Below, piece after piece: positions 12,637 to 33,087 of a DNA stretch of 64,000 bases. A model generated the notes under the pieces. That model did no database searches and was not told where the DNA came from. It worked only from the letters and a program-made list of their open reading frames with translations. Origin of the DNA: Amoebidium appalachense (Eukaryota; Protista; Ichthyosporea); assembly GCA_963693365.1 (NCBI GenBank), contig CAVNZM010000003.1, forward strand, positions 6,455,448-6,519,447, read 5' to 3'. The translations under genes were made by a program, and so were the position numbers. Each line of letters opens with the position of its first letter. Positions within the stretch are counted from its first letter, which is position 1.

Positions 12637-13824
12637 CACAACAACCATCACAATGACCATCAGCACCACAAGCCACCCGCCACCAAACTCGCCCCCCCCC
12701 CCCCCCCTTACTTCCATGCAACCGGGCATGGTTGCTCTGTGTCGTGCATCTGTAAGCACATACGCGTTTGTCGCTGCACTGCATTAGTTTGCACATACAT
12801 CTTCACCGTTTTGCTCACCTTGCTTGCATAAGCAACCCTGCTCGTCTTTGATCAAGACGGGTTGACCCACCCAAGTTCAGTTGATGCTGCTGTCTGAGTT
12901 GGAGCGTCGTATATACGCGGGCTAAGGGGTCGAAACTCAGACGCAATTGATGACTTGGGCCCTCCCTGAGGATGGGCTCTGCTTATGACGCATACTGTGC
13001 GCATGGCTGATGCTGCATACTTGAATGTTTGCCTTTGCATGTGTCCTGCACCATGCTTCTCATCGTGTATGCGTACTTCGTACTGTGTTCCGCATTCAAA
13101 AACCCCCCTGTCTTCTTTCAGAGGTGTCCTTTCAGGACAGACCACTGTGTGGAGACATCTTTACTTCCATGCAACCGGGCATGGTTGCTCTGTGTCGTGC
13201 ATCTGTAAGCACATACGCGTTTGTCGCTGCACTGCATTAGTTTGCACATACATCTTCACCGTTTTGCTCACCTTGCTTGCATAAGCAACCCTGCTCGTCT
13301 TTGATCAAGACGGGTTGACCCACCCAAGTTCAGTTGATGCTGCTGTCTGAGTTGGAGCGTCGTATATACGCGGGCTAAGGGGTCGAAACTCAGACGCAAT
13401 TGATGACTTGGGCCCTCCCTGAGGATGGGCTCTGCTTATGACGCATACTGTGCGCATGGCTGATGCTGCATACTTGAATGTTTGCCTTTGCATGTGTCCT
13501 GCACCATGCTTCTCATCGTGTATGCGTACTTCGTACTGTGTTCCGCATTCAAAAACCCCCCCCCCCCCCCCCCCCCCCCCTCCCCCATGGGCTCTTATTA
13601 TGTACACTCTAGTGTGGTTTGCACTCCGCCTTGTGTTCTTTTTCATGATGTGTTGTCCGTTATGACTGAGCACCTTGTATCTCTATAACACATTCTAACC
13701 CCCCCCCCCCCCCCCCCCCCCCACCCCCCACCATACCCCTGTCTGCACACAAGCGCAGCACATGCATGCACACTTGCACATACACACACACGCGCGCGCG
13801 CGCGCGCGCTCACACCCACCCACA

Positions 13825-13907
<83 letters not shown>

Positions 13908-14515
13908 ACTCACACACACACACACATGCTCACACACACACATGCTCACACACACACACACACACACACGCTCACACACACACACACACACGCACACACA
14001 CACACACATGCTCACACACACACACACACACGCTCACACACACACACACATGCTCACACACGCACACACACACGCACACACACACACACACACATGCTCA
14101 CACACACACAAACACACGCTCACACACACACACACACGCTCACACACACACAAACACACGCTCACACACATACACACACGCTCACACACACACAAACACA
14201 CGCTCACTCACACTGTACACACGTACACACACAAACACACGTGCACGCACACAGCTCCAATCGCTGGACCCCACGCCATCAAGCAGCACGAGCGACAAAC
14301 CGCAACTGGAAGTTCTTAAGGCAGAAAACGCACGCCTCACCGCCGAGAACCTCAAAATTAAGGAGGCCATGGTGGAGGCCAAAAAGCACGTCAACACCAG
14401 CATTTCGCAGCAGAGCGCATCGCGGCAGGCAGCAACCGCGGCTGCAAAGAACGACATGTTGCCTTTGTTGGTGGCGGCGTTTGTGCTCGGTGTCTTGTTG
14501 GGGTGGTATTTCTAA
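8564..14515 (+). CDS. VAP: VAMP-associated protein (VAP/Scs2 family): MSP domain, coiled coil, C-terminal TM anchor; 228 aa
   Basis: join(8564..8740,10624..10782,12011..12100,14255..14515), all GT-AG, phase 0. MSP signature [22 protein letters not shown] and EVKLRCKF; coiled coil [17 protein letters not shown]; tail anchor [16 protein letters not shown]-stop. Confidence 0.93.
12708..13560 (+). mobile_element. Two apparently identical ~400-bp direct repeats (12708-13108, 13161-13560; period 453 bp) in VAP intron 3; longest member of a dispersed poly-C-embedded family
   Basis: Both copies run TTACTTCCATGCAACCGGGCATGG...CCGCATTCAAAAA-Cn with a ~52-bp spacer. The 3' part recurs at 7679-7751 and 46088-46233. 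The repeat is directly seen; mobility is inferred. Confidence 0.65.
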
Positions 14516-15439
14516 AGGGTTGGAGTGTGTGTGTGTGTGTGTGTTTGGGGGGGAGGGGGGGAGGGGGGGGGGGGGGGGGAGTGGGTGTGTGTTCCAGTTG
14601 AACGTAAATGTGAGGCTTTGGTGATGGTGCGGTGGTGTGAGGATTGAGGTTGGTTGGTGTGTTTGAAGCACAGGTGGCATGTTTAGGTGGCATGTTTGTC
14701 TTTATGCATATATACTGGATTAGAGGGGACACACGTTCGTCTTCCTGGCTCTTTCTGGCTCTTTCCTTTTATGGTTTTTGCTTTTTGGGTAAGGGGAATA
14801 TAAGGCCAGTTTATGCTGAGATGAATACGACAGACACTGTGTGTGTGTGTCTGTGTGTGTCTGTGTCTCTGTCTGTGTCTGTGTTTAGCATAGTATCATT
14901 ATTGCGTCTGTAAACATGGGTGAATTCAGTTAGAGGTAGTTAGCAGCTCCGTGCAGGCTACATGATTATTGGTGTGGGTGTTACCTAGTGTCTAGGACTA
15001 GCAGCCACATGGAAGGAATAAAGCTCTTCACGCAGCTACGCACATGTGCAGAGTCACACGTGTGGGAAAACTCTGCAGTCTTTTGCCTGCAGAGTCAATA
15101 ATAATGGTGCATGTGTTTTTCCACCTTTTTAGCCTAGCTGGCAATCACGATGGGCTTTTCTGTGCATGGCATGAAAGGATCCCATGGCAATCGTCCGGCG
15201 CTATCTTAGCTAGGCTAGGGCAGAGCTTTCCGGTTCCTTTTGTCGTTCGAACGCAGAATGCCCGGCGATCTATCGGGAAGGCTTGTGATGACCTCTTGGA
15301 CGCTCAGTGACACCGGTACCGACAACAAAGCACGACACGGTGCATGCCAATGGCTTGGTGTGCAAGTGCCGTGTCCTGTGCAGGTTCGAACAGGTGCGAG
15401 CCCGTCACGGCCGGCGGGTCCGACGCCAATGCATGATAT

Positions 15440-16883
<1,444 letters not shown>

Positions 16884-18852
16884 AGCTGATACCGACTGTT
16901 CTAGGGGAGCCCGAAAAAGAAAAAGAAAAGAAAAAAACAAAAAAAAAAAACGGGGAATCCAACTAATTGGTTTTCTTAGTCTTTATTTATGGTGCCTCGT
17001 AGAGAAAGTAAACCCTGATATATAATCATCACCCGACATCTATGTACTTGATCATGATATACCGCTGAGGGGATATTCCGAGTAAAACCCCCCCATACCT
17101 GAGACTGGTCTCTCTTGCCTCGAGTAAACAGCCACGGTAAACCCCACCTCTTCTTCGCCCTTGCAAGTCACGATCAATGTGTGTCGTGAGTGGTGACTCG
17201 TGGGTGACACCGGTACCGGACGGATGCTGGCGCACAGGCCAATATTGTTTGCCCCGTACAAATGCTGTCACTTCACGTTTCCAGGGTGCGTTCACGTGGC
17301 ACACAACAAGCGTGTAAGCCGCTGCACACTGAACACCGTGCAAGTGTTCAAGCGCAGCCCAACTTGCCAGTTTAGATCTATTTGGATGTATTCACCCTTG
17401 TGATTGGCGCAGAACGGCTTATCGCTTGAATATCCGATGTCGACCAATCGGCTGCACGCACCGTTGCCACGTTGGGCAATTTTGTTGCTTGATTTGCTTC
17501 CACGGGTTTGACAGTCTGGGTTTGACGCGGCAAGGAGATTCAACCAAAACATACAACTCATGCAATAGTTTAGTAGCTAAATGCTATTGTTGTTTAATCT
17601 ATAAGGCTATGAAATAAATTTCATAACGGGTTTGCTTCAAAAGTCCAGAAGGCCGGTGGCCGCGGCTGGATATTTAATGCCTGGAATCCGGCCAGACGTC
17701 GACTAGCCTAAGCTTTTGTCCGACAGGCCAAGGTGTCTTACTAAAATCGATGAAGAAATAAGTTATATATTCATTTGCAGACGTGCTTACATGGATGTCT
17801 TCCATCTTTACATGGATCTCTTTCGTCTTTGAAGTAAGAGTGAACGCGAGCAAGGGTAGTTTCAAGACCTAGAAGGCCTTCCAAAAAAAAGAACGATAAA
17901 CAGAAGAATTTCCGATATTTTACCACGCTCTAGATCTGATGCCCGCTCATCCAATCGGCAGCTAAGCCAGACCCCGTGATTCTGTGACCCGCAATACGAG
18001 TTTGAACAACCTCAAAGACCGATAATAAAGCAAGAAATATTATTTCAGCAACAAAATTCACTAACTTTCTCACAATTCTCCCTTGGTTTCTTCACTCTTT
18101 CATACATCACACAGCTCCTGTAAGCTTTTCACAGAACCGTAGTTCATACTCAGAATTCAGTATCTCGCCGGCATTTACCCCTTTCCCAATTTAACCAATC
18201 AGACATTCGTATCCACGGACAGCCAGCTAATTAGGTATAAAAAGTTTTTACTGGGTAATTTCGTTTCAGTTTTCAATCCATGCACTTCTACGCGTGTGTC
18301 TCCGCCCCAACTTTGCTTGATTTCGCATGCGTTGGGTCCATGTTCGCTTGGTTTTAACAAAACTTAAAGAGTATTAAGGCCAGAAGTAAAGAAAATAGCG
18401 AAACAATACACATTTCAGTCTGTTGCAACCCGGATAACTTCTAAACAGACATACACGCTGGTAGGTGACCTGCACCCTGTGAAGTTTTTCGCCTTTTCCA
18501 ATCGATCTCTCGTTTACCTTTTGCCCTTGTCAGGACGTAAAATCTCTTGGTGAAAAGTAAATGTATCTGGAGATTGGATTTGAACAGACATAATGCGGAA
18601 TCCAGCAGGGATCCTCCTTTCATGCATTTTCATCAGCACGTGACTTCCCGTGGGCTGCTATAATGCTGCTTGGCTTTCTGTAGTTTTCTGGACCAGGGCA
18701 ACCTGTGGCTAATAGCGAGTTGTGCTATATACCCAAGTTGCTTACTAACAGACATACAAGCCCATTCGTCAAAACATACAAGGTATACTCGTTCCTAAAC
18801 TTAATGTTAGCCAAACGCTCGCACCTAACCCTGCTTTGCCTTTTCCTCAGAG

Positions 18853-24476
<5,624 letters not shown>

Positions 24477-24480
24477 AGGT

Positions 24481-24511
<31 letters not shown>

Positions 24512-25712
24512 GACGACGAATGGAGGTAAATGGAGACATGTGGATTTGTGAATTCAGTCGGATGACTTTCGTGGTATGATATGCTAGGAATTGCGAATTG
24601 TGCGCTGTAAAAGTCTAGGAAAGAGCGAAATGAAAGTTAATATATGCAAGGTATCGAGAATCATAGGGTGTGTTAGGGTACTATGGGCACATACACTGGG
24701 TGTGTGTGCGGGTGCATTTGAGAGATTGTATAGCACCTTTTAGGATTATGGCTGGGTGTGGGTCTGCCAGTAAAACGCATCACTGTGTGGTGATTACTCT
24801 ATTGCTCTTCATAATAATACAATGGTTTCGGACCCCATACATATGCATGTGGTGGCCATGTATGTCCGGGCACACATATAGTGCAGACACACCTACGCCC
24901 AAAACTTCACGTGTCTGCTACAAGAATTGGCGCGTGAATCAATGTGGACCTGCATGCCTTAAAAAAAAGAGGCGCATGCACACGCACACACACGCGCACA
25001 GGCACTACATAGCATGGTTCTTAAACAACCCCGAATATATGGGCCCACCAACCCTGGATTATAACTGCAGCTGCCGTGTGCTTGGTACGGTGTACGTCTA
25101 CGCGATGCATACCAATACGTCCCCACACCTCACCACCCCAACCCATAACCCACATAAAAACTAATTGTGTGGAGCAGGCATGCACAGGAGGAAGGGATAC
25201 TGTGGGATTCGAGAGGGGAGAGGGGAGGGGGGAAGGGGGGGATGCATTTCCAACCGTCGGAGTCCGTGTAGTAAGACCGAGATACATGGTTGTGATGGAT
25301 CCGAAGATTTTCATCCATACAATATGGCAAAAATTCTTTTCTCTTTAGTATCTAGCAATTTGTTTTCGACCATGTAGGAGCCCATAATAAAAAAGTTCAT
25401 ATGTTCGTTAATCAAAAAGACGCCCTTTGCATGGAATTTTCACAGTGACCGTTGTTTTACACCACCATGCCAAATAACAACAACAATAATTTTTATATTA
25501 TAATCATGATAATAATAAAGCAAATAGAAATTAAGGACATCACGATCTCAAAAAACGCATTGACCAATAATTCGCACGTGATGATCATCAGACGAATTAG
25601 CCATATATAGAAATTTGAACGGGAAGTTTTGGCGCACAAAAAAAGCCGTTTTCTAATAAAAATATAAAACAAACCAAAAGGAAAAATATTTCTCAGTCAT
25701 TGCAGACTGTCA

Positions 25713-25744
<32 letters not shown>

Positions 25745-26638
25745 GCACGGTCCCTCCCCCAGCTCACACACACCCCAACACATACTACTCCTGACCATCT
25801 CACCTTATGGTGACCCACTCAAAGCAAACCAAACACATACAGGCCCAGTATTTGCCTTGATTAAACGTCCATCTATTCACCTATTGCACACAGCCTCTCC
25901 CCAATGCGATATATGTGGTAAGCTGATGAAGTAAAGCTCTCAGTTGCGGTCGGCTTTCTGCTGTCACAGGAGACACCTGCTGGTCAAAACTGCAACATTT
26001 TTAACAGCCGATCAGTACTCGCACACATATACCTTATATGTGTCATCAGCCCAATCAACCTGCGTTTCCCCCCCTCCCCCCCCCTCCCCCCCCCCCCCCC
26101 TCTCCCCCGGGACTCCCTCTAAACACAACAGATAATGTGATATACATGTACATACACACACCTGGTACACCATAACCACTATCAGCAGCAGCGACCACTA
26201 GCAGCCCCCCCCCCCCCCCCCCCCCCCCCCTGCTCGAAAAAACAAAAACAAAAAAAAATAAAATAATAATGAGAAAGAAAGGGAAAGGAAAGCAACGATC
26301 CACCCTCAATTTACGGGCCCGGATTATGCCATTGAAGGGGTTTGTTTTTTGTTTTTTTTGCGCCGGGGGGAGGGGGGGGGGGGGGGGAGGGGGGAAAGGT
26401 TGGAGTGAAGGGAGGGGGAGGGGGAGGGGGGAGGGGGTGCACGGGGGGGGGGGGGGGGTTGCGGGGGAAGGGGGGGGGGGGGGGGGGGGGGGAATGAATA
26501 GAGGGGCAAGCTTAAGAATGGGGGGCCTTTGTAACAGGACATGATGTGACACCGTGTATGGGTCGTGTGTTTTGACTTAGTAATTGATAAAGGTCAGGAT
26601 TGGGTCTCACTCCACACTCCTTTCTTTCCTTTAATATT

Positions 26639-26773
26639 TTAATTAATGGGAAGGAGGGGAAGGTATACCCTCCAGTGGCGGCCGCAGTTTTTGCATGCAG
26701 CAAGGATGGTCATTCCCTCATCCGCATTCTCAATCTGCACCTGTGTGTGTGCATTTTTTTTTATTTTTTTATT

Positions 26774-26807
<34 letters not shown>

Positions 26808-27670
26808 TGTGTGTGTTCGTGTTAATGTGTGTGTATTTGTGTCACGGTGTGTGTGTGTTGGGGGAGGGGGGGAGGGGGACAAGCGGGTGGGTGTAATGGG
26901 GAGGGGGGTTGGGAAAAGGGCGGGTTACACGGATCACGGTGTGTTTGTAGTTGGGGAGTCACAACACGTGTGTGTGTGTGTGTGTGTGTATATGTCTGAA
27001 TTGTTTCTTTTTTTTTTCTTTTTTTTGGGTGGGGGGAGGGGGGTGAGGTGGGGGGGAGAGGGAGGGGAGCACACGACATGTATGTTCCACGTGGGGAGGG
27101 TAGGGGGGTGTAAGCAGCATGACTGTGTGTGTGTGTGCATCTGCCTGTGCTTCTACGTGTGTGTGGTGTGTGTGTGTGTGCAGGTGTGTCTGTGTGTCTA
27201 TACACGTGTCCATTGCAATATAAGAAGTGTAAGAGTCACATCAATGCCATTGGTTGTTTGCATTTATGAAGCTCCGTCATTATTGGGTTTTTTAGGGGAC
27301 CATCAAATAACAACAACTGATTTGGGAGAAATCAGGAAACTCACTATGACATCAAGCATGTCTGCACGCTTTATTTTGCCAATGGGTGGGTTGGCGTGGG
27401 TGGGGATGCATGTGCGGGTGGGTGGGTCGAAAAATTTGAGGGGTGGGGGAGTGGTTGGGTGCGTGGTGGTGGTGTGTGCCTGTTTTGGGGCAGAAGAAGG
27501 GGGGGGGGGGGGGGGGGGGGGGAGGGGGGGGGGGGGGGTATATGAAAAAAAAAGATTGGTTAGCATGCAAAGAAAAAAAGATGTCTTGGCAAAAAGTCGG
27601 CCGGAGAACTCCCGAAAGTGATTTCATTACCAGACATCCAGTAGCCGTTAAGTGGGAGGGGGAGGGGTGG

Positions 27671-27706
<36 letters not shown>

Positions 27707-27809
27707 GGGGGGGGGGGAGTAAATGCCTGGGCATATTCTGTGTTTGTGGACTTGCAGGCCTCACACTCCATCACGCCAGAATGACGCACAAGACTCTCTC
27801 CAATCTGCG

Positions 27810-27877
<68 letters not shown>

Positions 27878-27979
27878 CGCGCGCGTGGGCGTGCAGGCGT
27901 GCGTGCGTACGTGTGCGCGTGCATGCGTGCGTGTGTGTGTTGAATATGTGTGCGTGCTTGCGTGCGTGTGTGCGTGCGT

Positions 27980-28020
<41 letters not shown>

Positions 28021-29148
28021 TGTGTGTGTGTGTACGTGTACGCGCGTGTAGTGCGCACACTCGTTCCCTGTGTGTGTGCGTGTTTGTGTGTGTGTGTGTT
28101 TGGAGGCAGGAAGAGGGGGAGGGGAGGGGGAAGATCGTGTGTGTGCATGGGGTCAGCTGATGCACAATGCCTTATGAAGAATGGGGCAGCCGGGGCGTGG
28201 AGGGGAGATCGGGGAAGGGGTGGGATACAGATGGGGGGGGGAGGTGGGGGGGGAGGGGGGAGGGGTCGAGGGGAACTCCATGTAGGGAAAGCAAACGTGC
28301 TATGTTGAAGTGGGCACTAAGTTGTAGATGAGCGCGAGAGTGGGGAGACCATACCGTGTGGTGGGTGAGGGGTCGATGAAGCACAAAAACTACAAAATGA
28401 ATAAAGCAACGCACATTTGTACATGCCCACATTCCAATTGTTGTATTTTGCTGGATATTTTGTAACCCCCTGAATTCGCATGTGTGTGGTGCCTTATCAA
28501 CAGAAAAGCTCCCGTCGGTGCTTGCATTGGCTCGCACACACACACACATGCACACACGCGCGCACCTGCGGGCAACACACACACACACACCTGTGCATTG
28601 CGGACTGCCTCCCCATAAGCCCTCTCCTTCTCTGCCTTGATGTCAGGCCGTGCCATGTCCTAATAAGGCAAAAAAAGAGTCAACCCGATTAATGAAAATG
28701 TAATTCTGAGAGCCCATATTGCACCCACTCATTTCCAATCGCCAATAAGGCTGAAGCCCATAGATTCAGCTTGCAGTCTAATATAGACCCCTCCCTCCCG
28801 AAATTCCCCCCCCCCCCTCCCCACACAGGCGCATAATTCCGTAATCGTTACTCCATTGTTTTTTATTTTCTCTTATTCCCGCTCCCCCCAATCTCTCCTT
28901 CCCTCCCACCACCCTTGAAAATTCACCCATAATCTCTCCCACCAAGATAAAACTGTAGGAGTAACCCTTATCTGATCTATTCTTACGGTGTTCTGTAGTA
29001 AATTTCCTATCGTTTCTTCTTCTTTTGGGGTGGGGTTGGGTTGGGGGGGGGAAAGGGGGGGGGGGGGGGGGGGGGGGGGGGCTGTTCGGAAGGTGCTCAT
29101 GTAAAGGGGTAAGCGGGTGCAGGTGATTGTGTGTGGGTGGGTGGAGTT

Positions 29149-29214
<66 letters not shown>

Positions 29215-30239
29215 GGGGGGAGGGGGGGGGGGGGGGGGGAGGACAAGGGACGGAGAAAGGAGGGGTGGGATGTCGAGATGTAGTGGTGGTGGTGGCGGCG
29301 GCGGCGGCGGCGGGGAGGGGGGGGGGGGGGGGGAGGCGGAGAGGTGGGAGGCTGGGGGAAAGAGGGGGGGGGGGGGGGGGTTCGTAGACTCACATCGGGG
29401 TTCATTTGAGCAATTTCCTGGGGGGGTATCTGGCCGGTCAGCACTTGGTGACGTAGGTCGGCATTGCCCTCGGGCCCAAGATTGGCTCCACTGTGGGTGT
29501 TGAAAATTCGGTTAGGGGGGTCTATGTTCATGATTAAGGGTTCTTGAGGGAAGGGGTGTTGAGAGGCGTGGCTGAAATGTGAGTGAGGAGGGGGTGGGTG
29601 GGGTTGCCTCGAACGAATTTGGTAAGTAGGTGCAGACCGTGGGGAGAAGGGGAAGGGGGCGGGGGGAAGGGAGAGGGCCGCGGTGGGGGGGGGGGGGGGG
29701 GGAGGGGCGAGGGAGAGATAGAGAAAGACAGAGAGGGGACGGCGGAGGGTGGGGGGGTGGGGGGGGGGATTCCAAAAAAGATCTTAGTGTTGTGTTCAAC
29801 AGAAGACAGACGGGGTTTGAGTGTAATCCAGATGGCCAGTTGGGACGGCAGGTGAGGAGGTGAGTAGGCGAGCGGGCAGGGGGCCGGGGGGGGGGGGAGG
29901 GGGAGGGGGGGAGGGAGGGGGCCGGGGGGGGGGGGGGGGGGGGGGGGGAGGAGGGGGAGGGGCGGTTACAGCCTCCGTATCTCCATCTTGTAGGCACGGT
30001 CAGTGTCGGGGTGTTTCTCAAAGACATCTGTGTTTGTGTGTGAGTAGGTGGGTTGGCATGTGTGTGTTTTGCTCGTGTGCACTGCACCCGTACGTATTTG
30101 TGTGTGTGTGTGTTATTGTGTGTGTGTGTGTGTGTGTATGTGTGTGTGTGTGTCTGCGCCCTCTTGCGTGTATTTGCTTTCTTGCACTAGTGTGTGCCTG
30201 CACACGTGTGTGCATGTTGATGTGTGTGTGTGTGACAAT

Positions 30240-30270
<31 letters not shown>

Positions 30271-31460
30271 ACTGTGTGTATGTCTGAGCTATTACATGTG
30301 TTGGTACAAATCTGGTGTATGTGTTCAAGTGCATAACGGTGGTTGGTACGGAATCCATACGAGAGAAAAAGAGAGCTGGGAAAAGTAAACTACACACGCC
30401 CGTGCACTCACACACAGCCTACCTCGTGAGGAGACATTGCTAACTGAGGTCGGTTGGGAGGGAGAGGAGGGAGGATGGATGTGGCGGGGGGAGGGGGGAG
30501 AGGGGGAGCGAGGATGGATTGGGGGGAAGGGGGGGGGGGGGGGTTTGCTACTTTTCTCAATGGCGGCGGCTGTAGGCTGGGCAGCAGCAGTCTCTGGGGC
30601 TGTTAAAATTTCCAAAATATTATTAACTCATATTAGAAGATAGTCAATTCAATTCATTATGTCGATGTCTTATTAAATGGTATATCTCTCTTGGCTATAC
30701 TATTTACTATATTGGAAATGCCGTTGCTTGATTGGTGGATACCTCACAACCACGTGACCACCAAGGGAACTTACCATATATGGTAACACTTTGTCCACAT
30801 CCATACTAATGGATTCTTTTTTTTCTTGGTGGTGGGGAGGAAGGGAGGGCGAAGACAGGAATCGAGGGGGTCGGGGACGGGTGGGGTGGGGTGGGGAGTG
30901 AGTGAGCGGAGGGGAATGTGATGTTCCTCCCGTCACATGTAAAAGTTCCATTGCCTTATATGGGGTGTTCTATTGCCAGAAATGGAATGACTACTTGGCG
31001 CGCAGGTGTACTTCTCTCCTCCTCCTCCCTCCTCCCCCCCCCCCCCCCCCCTTGCCCTTAACTTCTACTCGATAGTCAGTGCCCTCTCCCTTTTCCTCCT
31101 CCCCCACCTCCCCACCTCCCCCTCCCGTCTTTCACCTCCCTCCTCCCCTTCTGAGCTCACTCACCCCCTCCCTCCCCCCTCCCCTTGCCCCCACCTATAC
31201 ATTGGGCGTTCTACCCCTTCATTCTATTTCAGACCCCCAACCCAACATAGCCATGCCTTGATTAGGAAATTCTGAGACTAACGAGTCACCCCTTAAAGCA
31301 CGCGCAGGCACCCACCAATTCCCCCTGCTGAGAGTGCGCCTTGCAGGAGGCCCACTGACTTGGCCCGAATGGGCGCTGTGCCAAAAAAAGGATTAGCTAC
31401 TAAAAACAAAGTAGTGACCAGAAGCTTTCTTTGCTTCCGTTTGCACATGTGCAAGTACTC

Positions 31461-31491
<31 letters not shown>

Positions 31492-31635
31492 AAAAAAAAA
31501 AAAAAACACCCACACCCACCCACACCCTCCTCCCTCCTTCCCTCCAAAAAAGAAAAAAGAAAAAAAAGAAACTTTGAAGAAAGAAGAAGAAACAAAGAAA
31601 AGGAAAGAAAGAATGGGAAAAGACACATCCACATG

Positions 31636-31673
<38 letters not shown>

Positions 31674-32037
31674 CACACACACGTACGCACGCGCGCACAC
31701 ACACACGTACACGAACACGTAAACAACACCCACACGGACACACGTGCAATCACATGCACACACACAACAGTACACCCACTCGGGGACGGACAATAAACCC
31801 ACGCAACCCACACACGTACACCCACCCACATTTGCACACACCCACTCACACGTACACCCACACAAACACCCTACCCCACCCCTACCACCCCCCCAACCCC
31901 CCACTCCCCTCTCCCCTCTCTCCACCCCCCCCCCCCTCCCCCCACCCACCCACCCAAACACATCCACACACACACACCCTACACCCCGTGGACCCACCCA
32001 AACACATTCACACACACACACACACACACACAAACAC

Positions 32038-32082
<45 letters not shown>

Positions 32083-32745
32083 ACACCCACCCACAATGTC
32101 CCACACTCATCCACCCACACACACACACGCGCGCATACACCCACCCACCTTCCCCCAGCCCCATAACCGCCGTTTCAGCAAAGTCCCCCGCCAGGGCCCT
32201 GCACTGATCCATTAGGGGTTGGGGCAGGGGCAGGGCCGTAAGCCGATTAGCAGCAGCCAATAGCTGCAGGCGGTGGTCAGGCCGGATTGCTGTGCGGCCC
32301 ATCAGACGCAGCTGGTGCATGCAGTTGGACGCAAACATCAGGTCCTGTATGGGGGGAGGGGGGGGGGGGGGGGGGGAGGAGGAGGAGGAGGGGGGGGGGG
32401 GGGGGGGTAGGATTAGTTGATATGGTTGGGGAAGTTTGCCTGCAATTTTTTTCTTTTTTTTTTTCTTTTTTTTTTTTTTGGGTTGGGGGGGGGGGGGGGG
32501 GGAGGAGGGGCGGAGGAGGGGTAGTAGGCTATCAGTAAGGGGAAAGAGTGTGGAGAAGGGTGGAGATGCTTTCAAAAGTAACTAGTGTCTGTAAGAGATA
32601 GGGGAGATATTCTTGTGTATAGTGAGCAATGGGGGAGATATATTGTCGGGAGTAACGGGGCAGTGCATTCAATATCATAGCGATAACCCCCCCCCCCCCC
32701 CCCCTCCCCCGGTCCCCAGGCCCATTCTTTCTTTCTTTGTTTGTT

Positions 32746-32792
<47 letters not shown>

Positions 32793-33040
32793 GTTGGTAA
32801 CAAGTGGGGGAGAAGGGGGCGAGGGGGAAAAGGGGGGTCGCAGCGGCAGTTGTGTGGGGAAAAATGGAGAAACAGAAGACGATGGTTGAAATAACTTTGA
32901 GATGAGGTGGGAGAGAAACGGTGGGGAAGGGAAGAGAGGGAGGGAAACAGCAACGGGGAAAATGAGGGAAGGATGGAAGGGCAGGTCGATCGGTTTAAGA
33001 GGTTTGAGAGGGTGCAAAGGCTTAAGACAAAGGGGCGAGC

Positions 33041-33087
<47 letters not shown>

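Noticed and set aside
12708-13560. Interpretation of the direct repeats as LTRs of a TRIM/LTR element
   Set aside because: No TG...CA termini, primer-binding site, polypurine tract or TSD seen; dispersed copies are 5'-truncated rather than solo LTRs.
24900-25660. Possible small minus-strand gene (IQ-like AAVIIQGWW; CCAAT/E2F-like motifs near 25560-25640)
   Set aside because: No consistent exon chain or recognisable domain could be built, and the motifs are too short to support a call.
30774-30804. 31-nt candidate exon with a strong GTAAGT donor inside the TFIIS-like gene
   Set aside because: Its length would break the phase between exons 31316-31375 and 30552-30599, which join cleanly without it.
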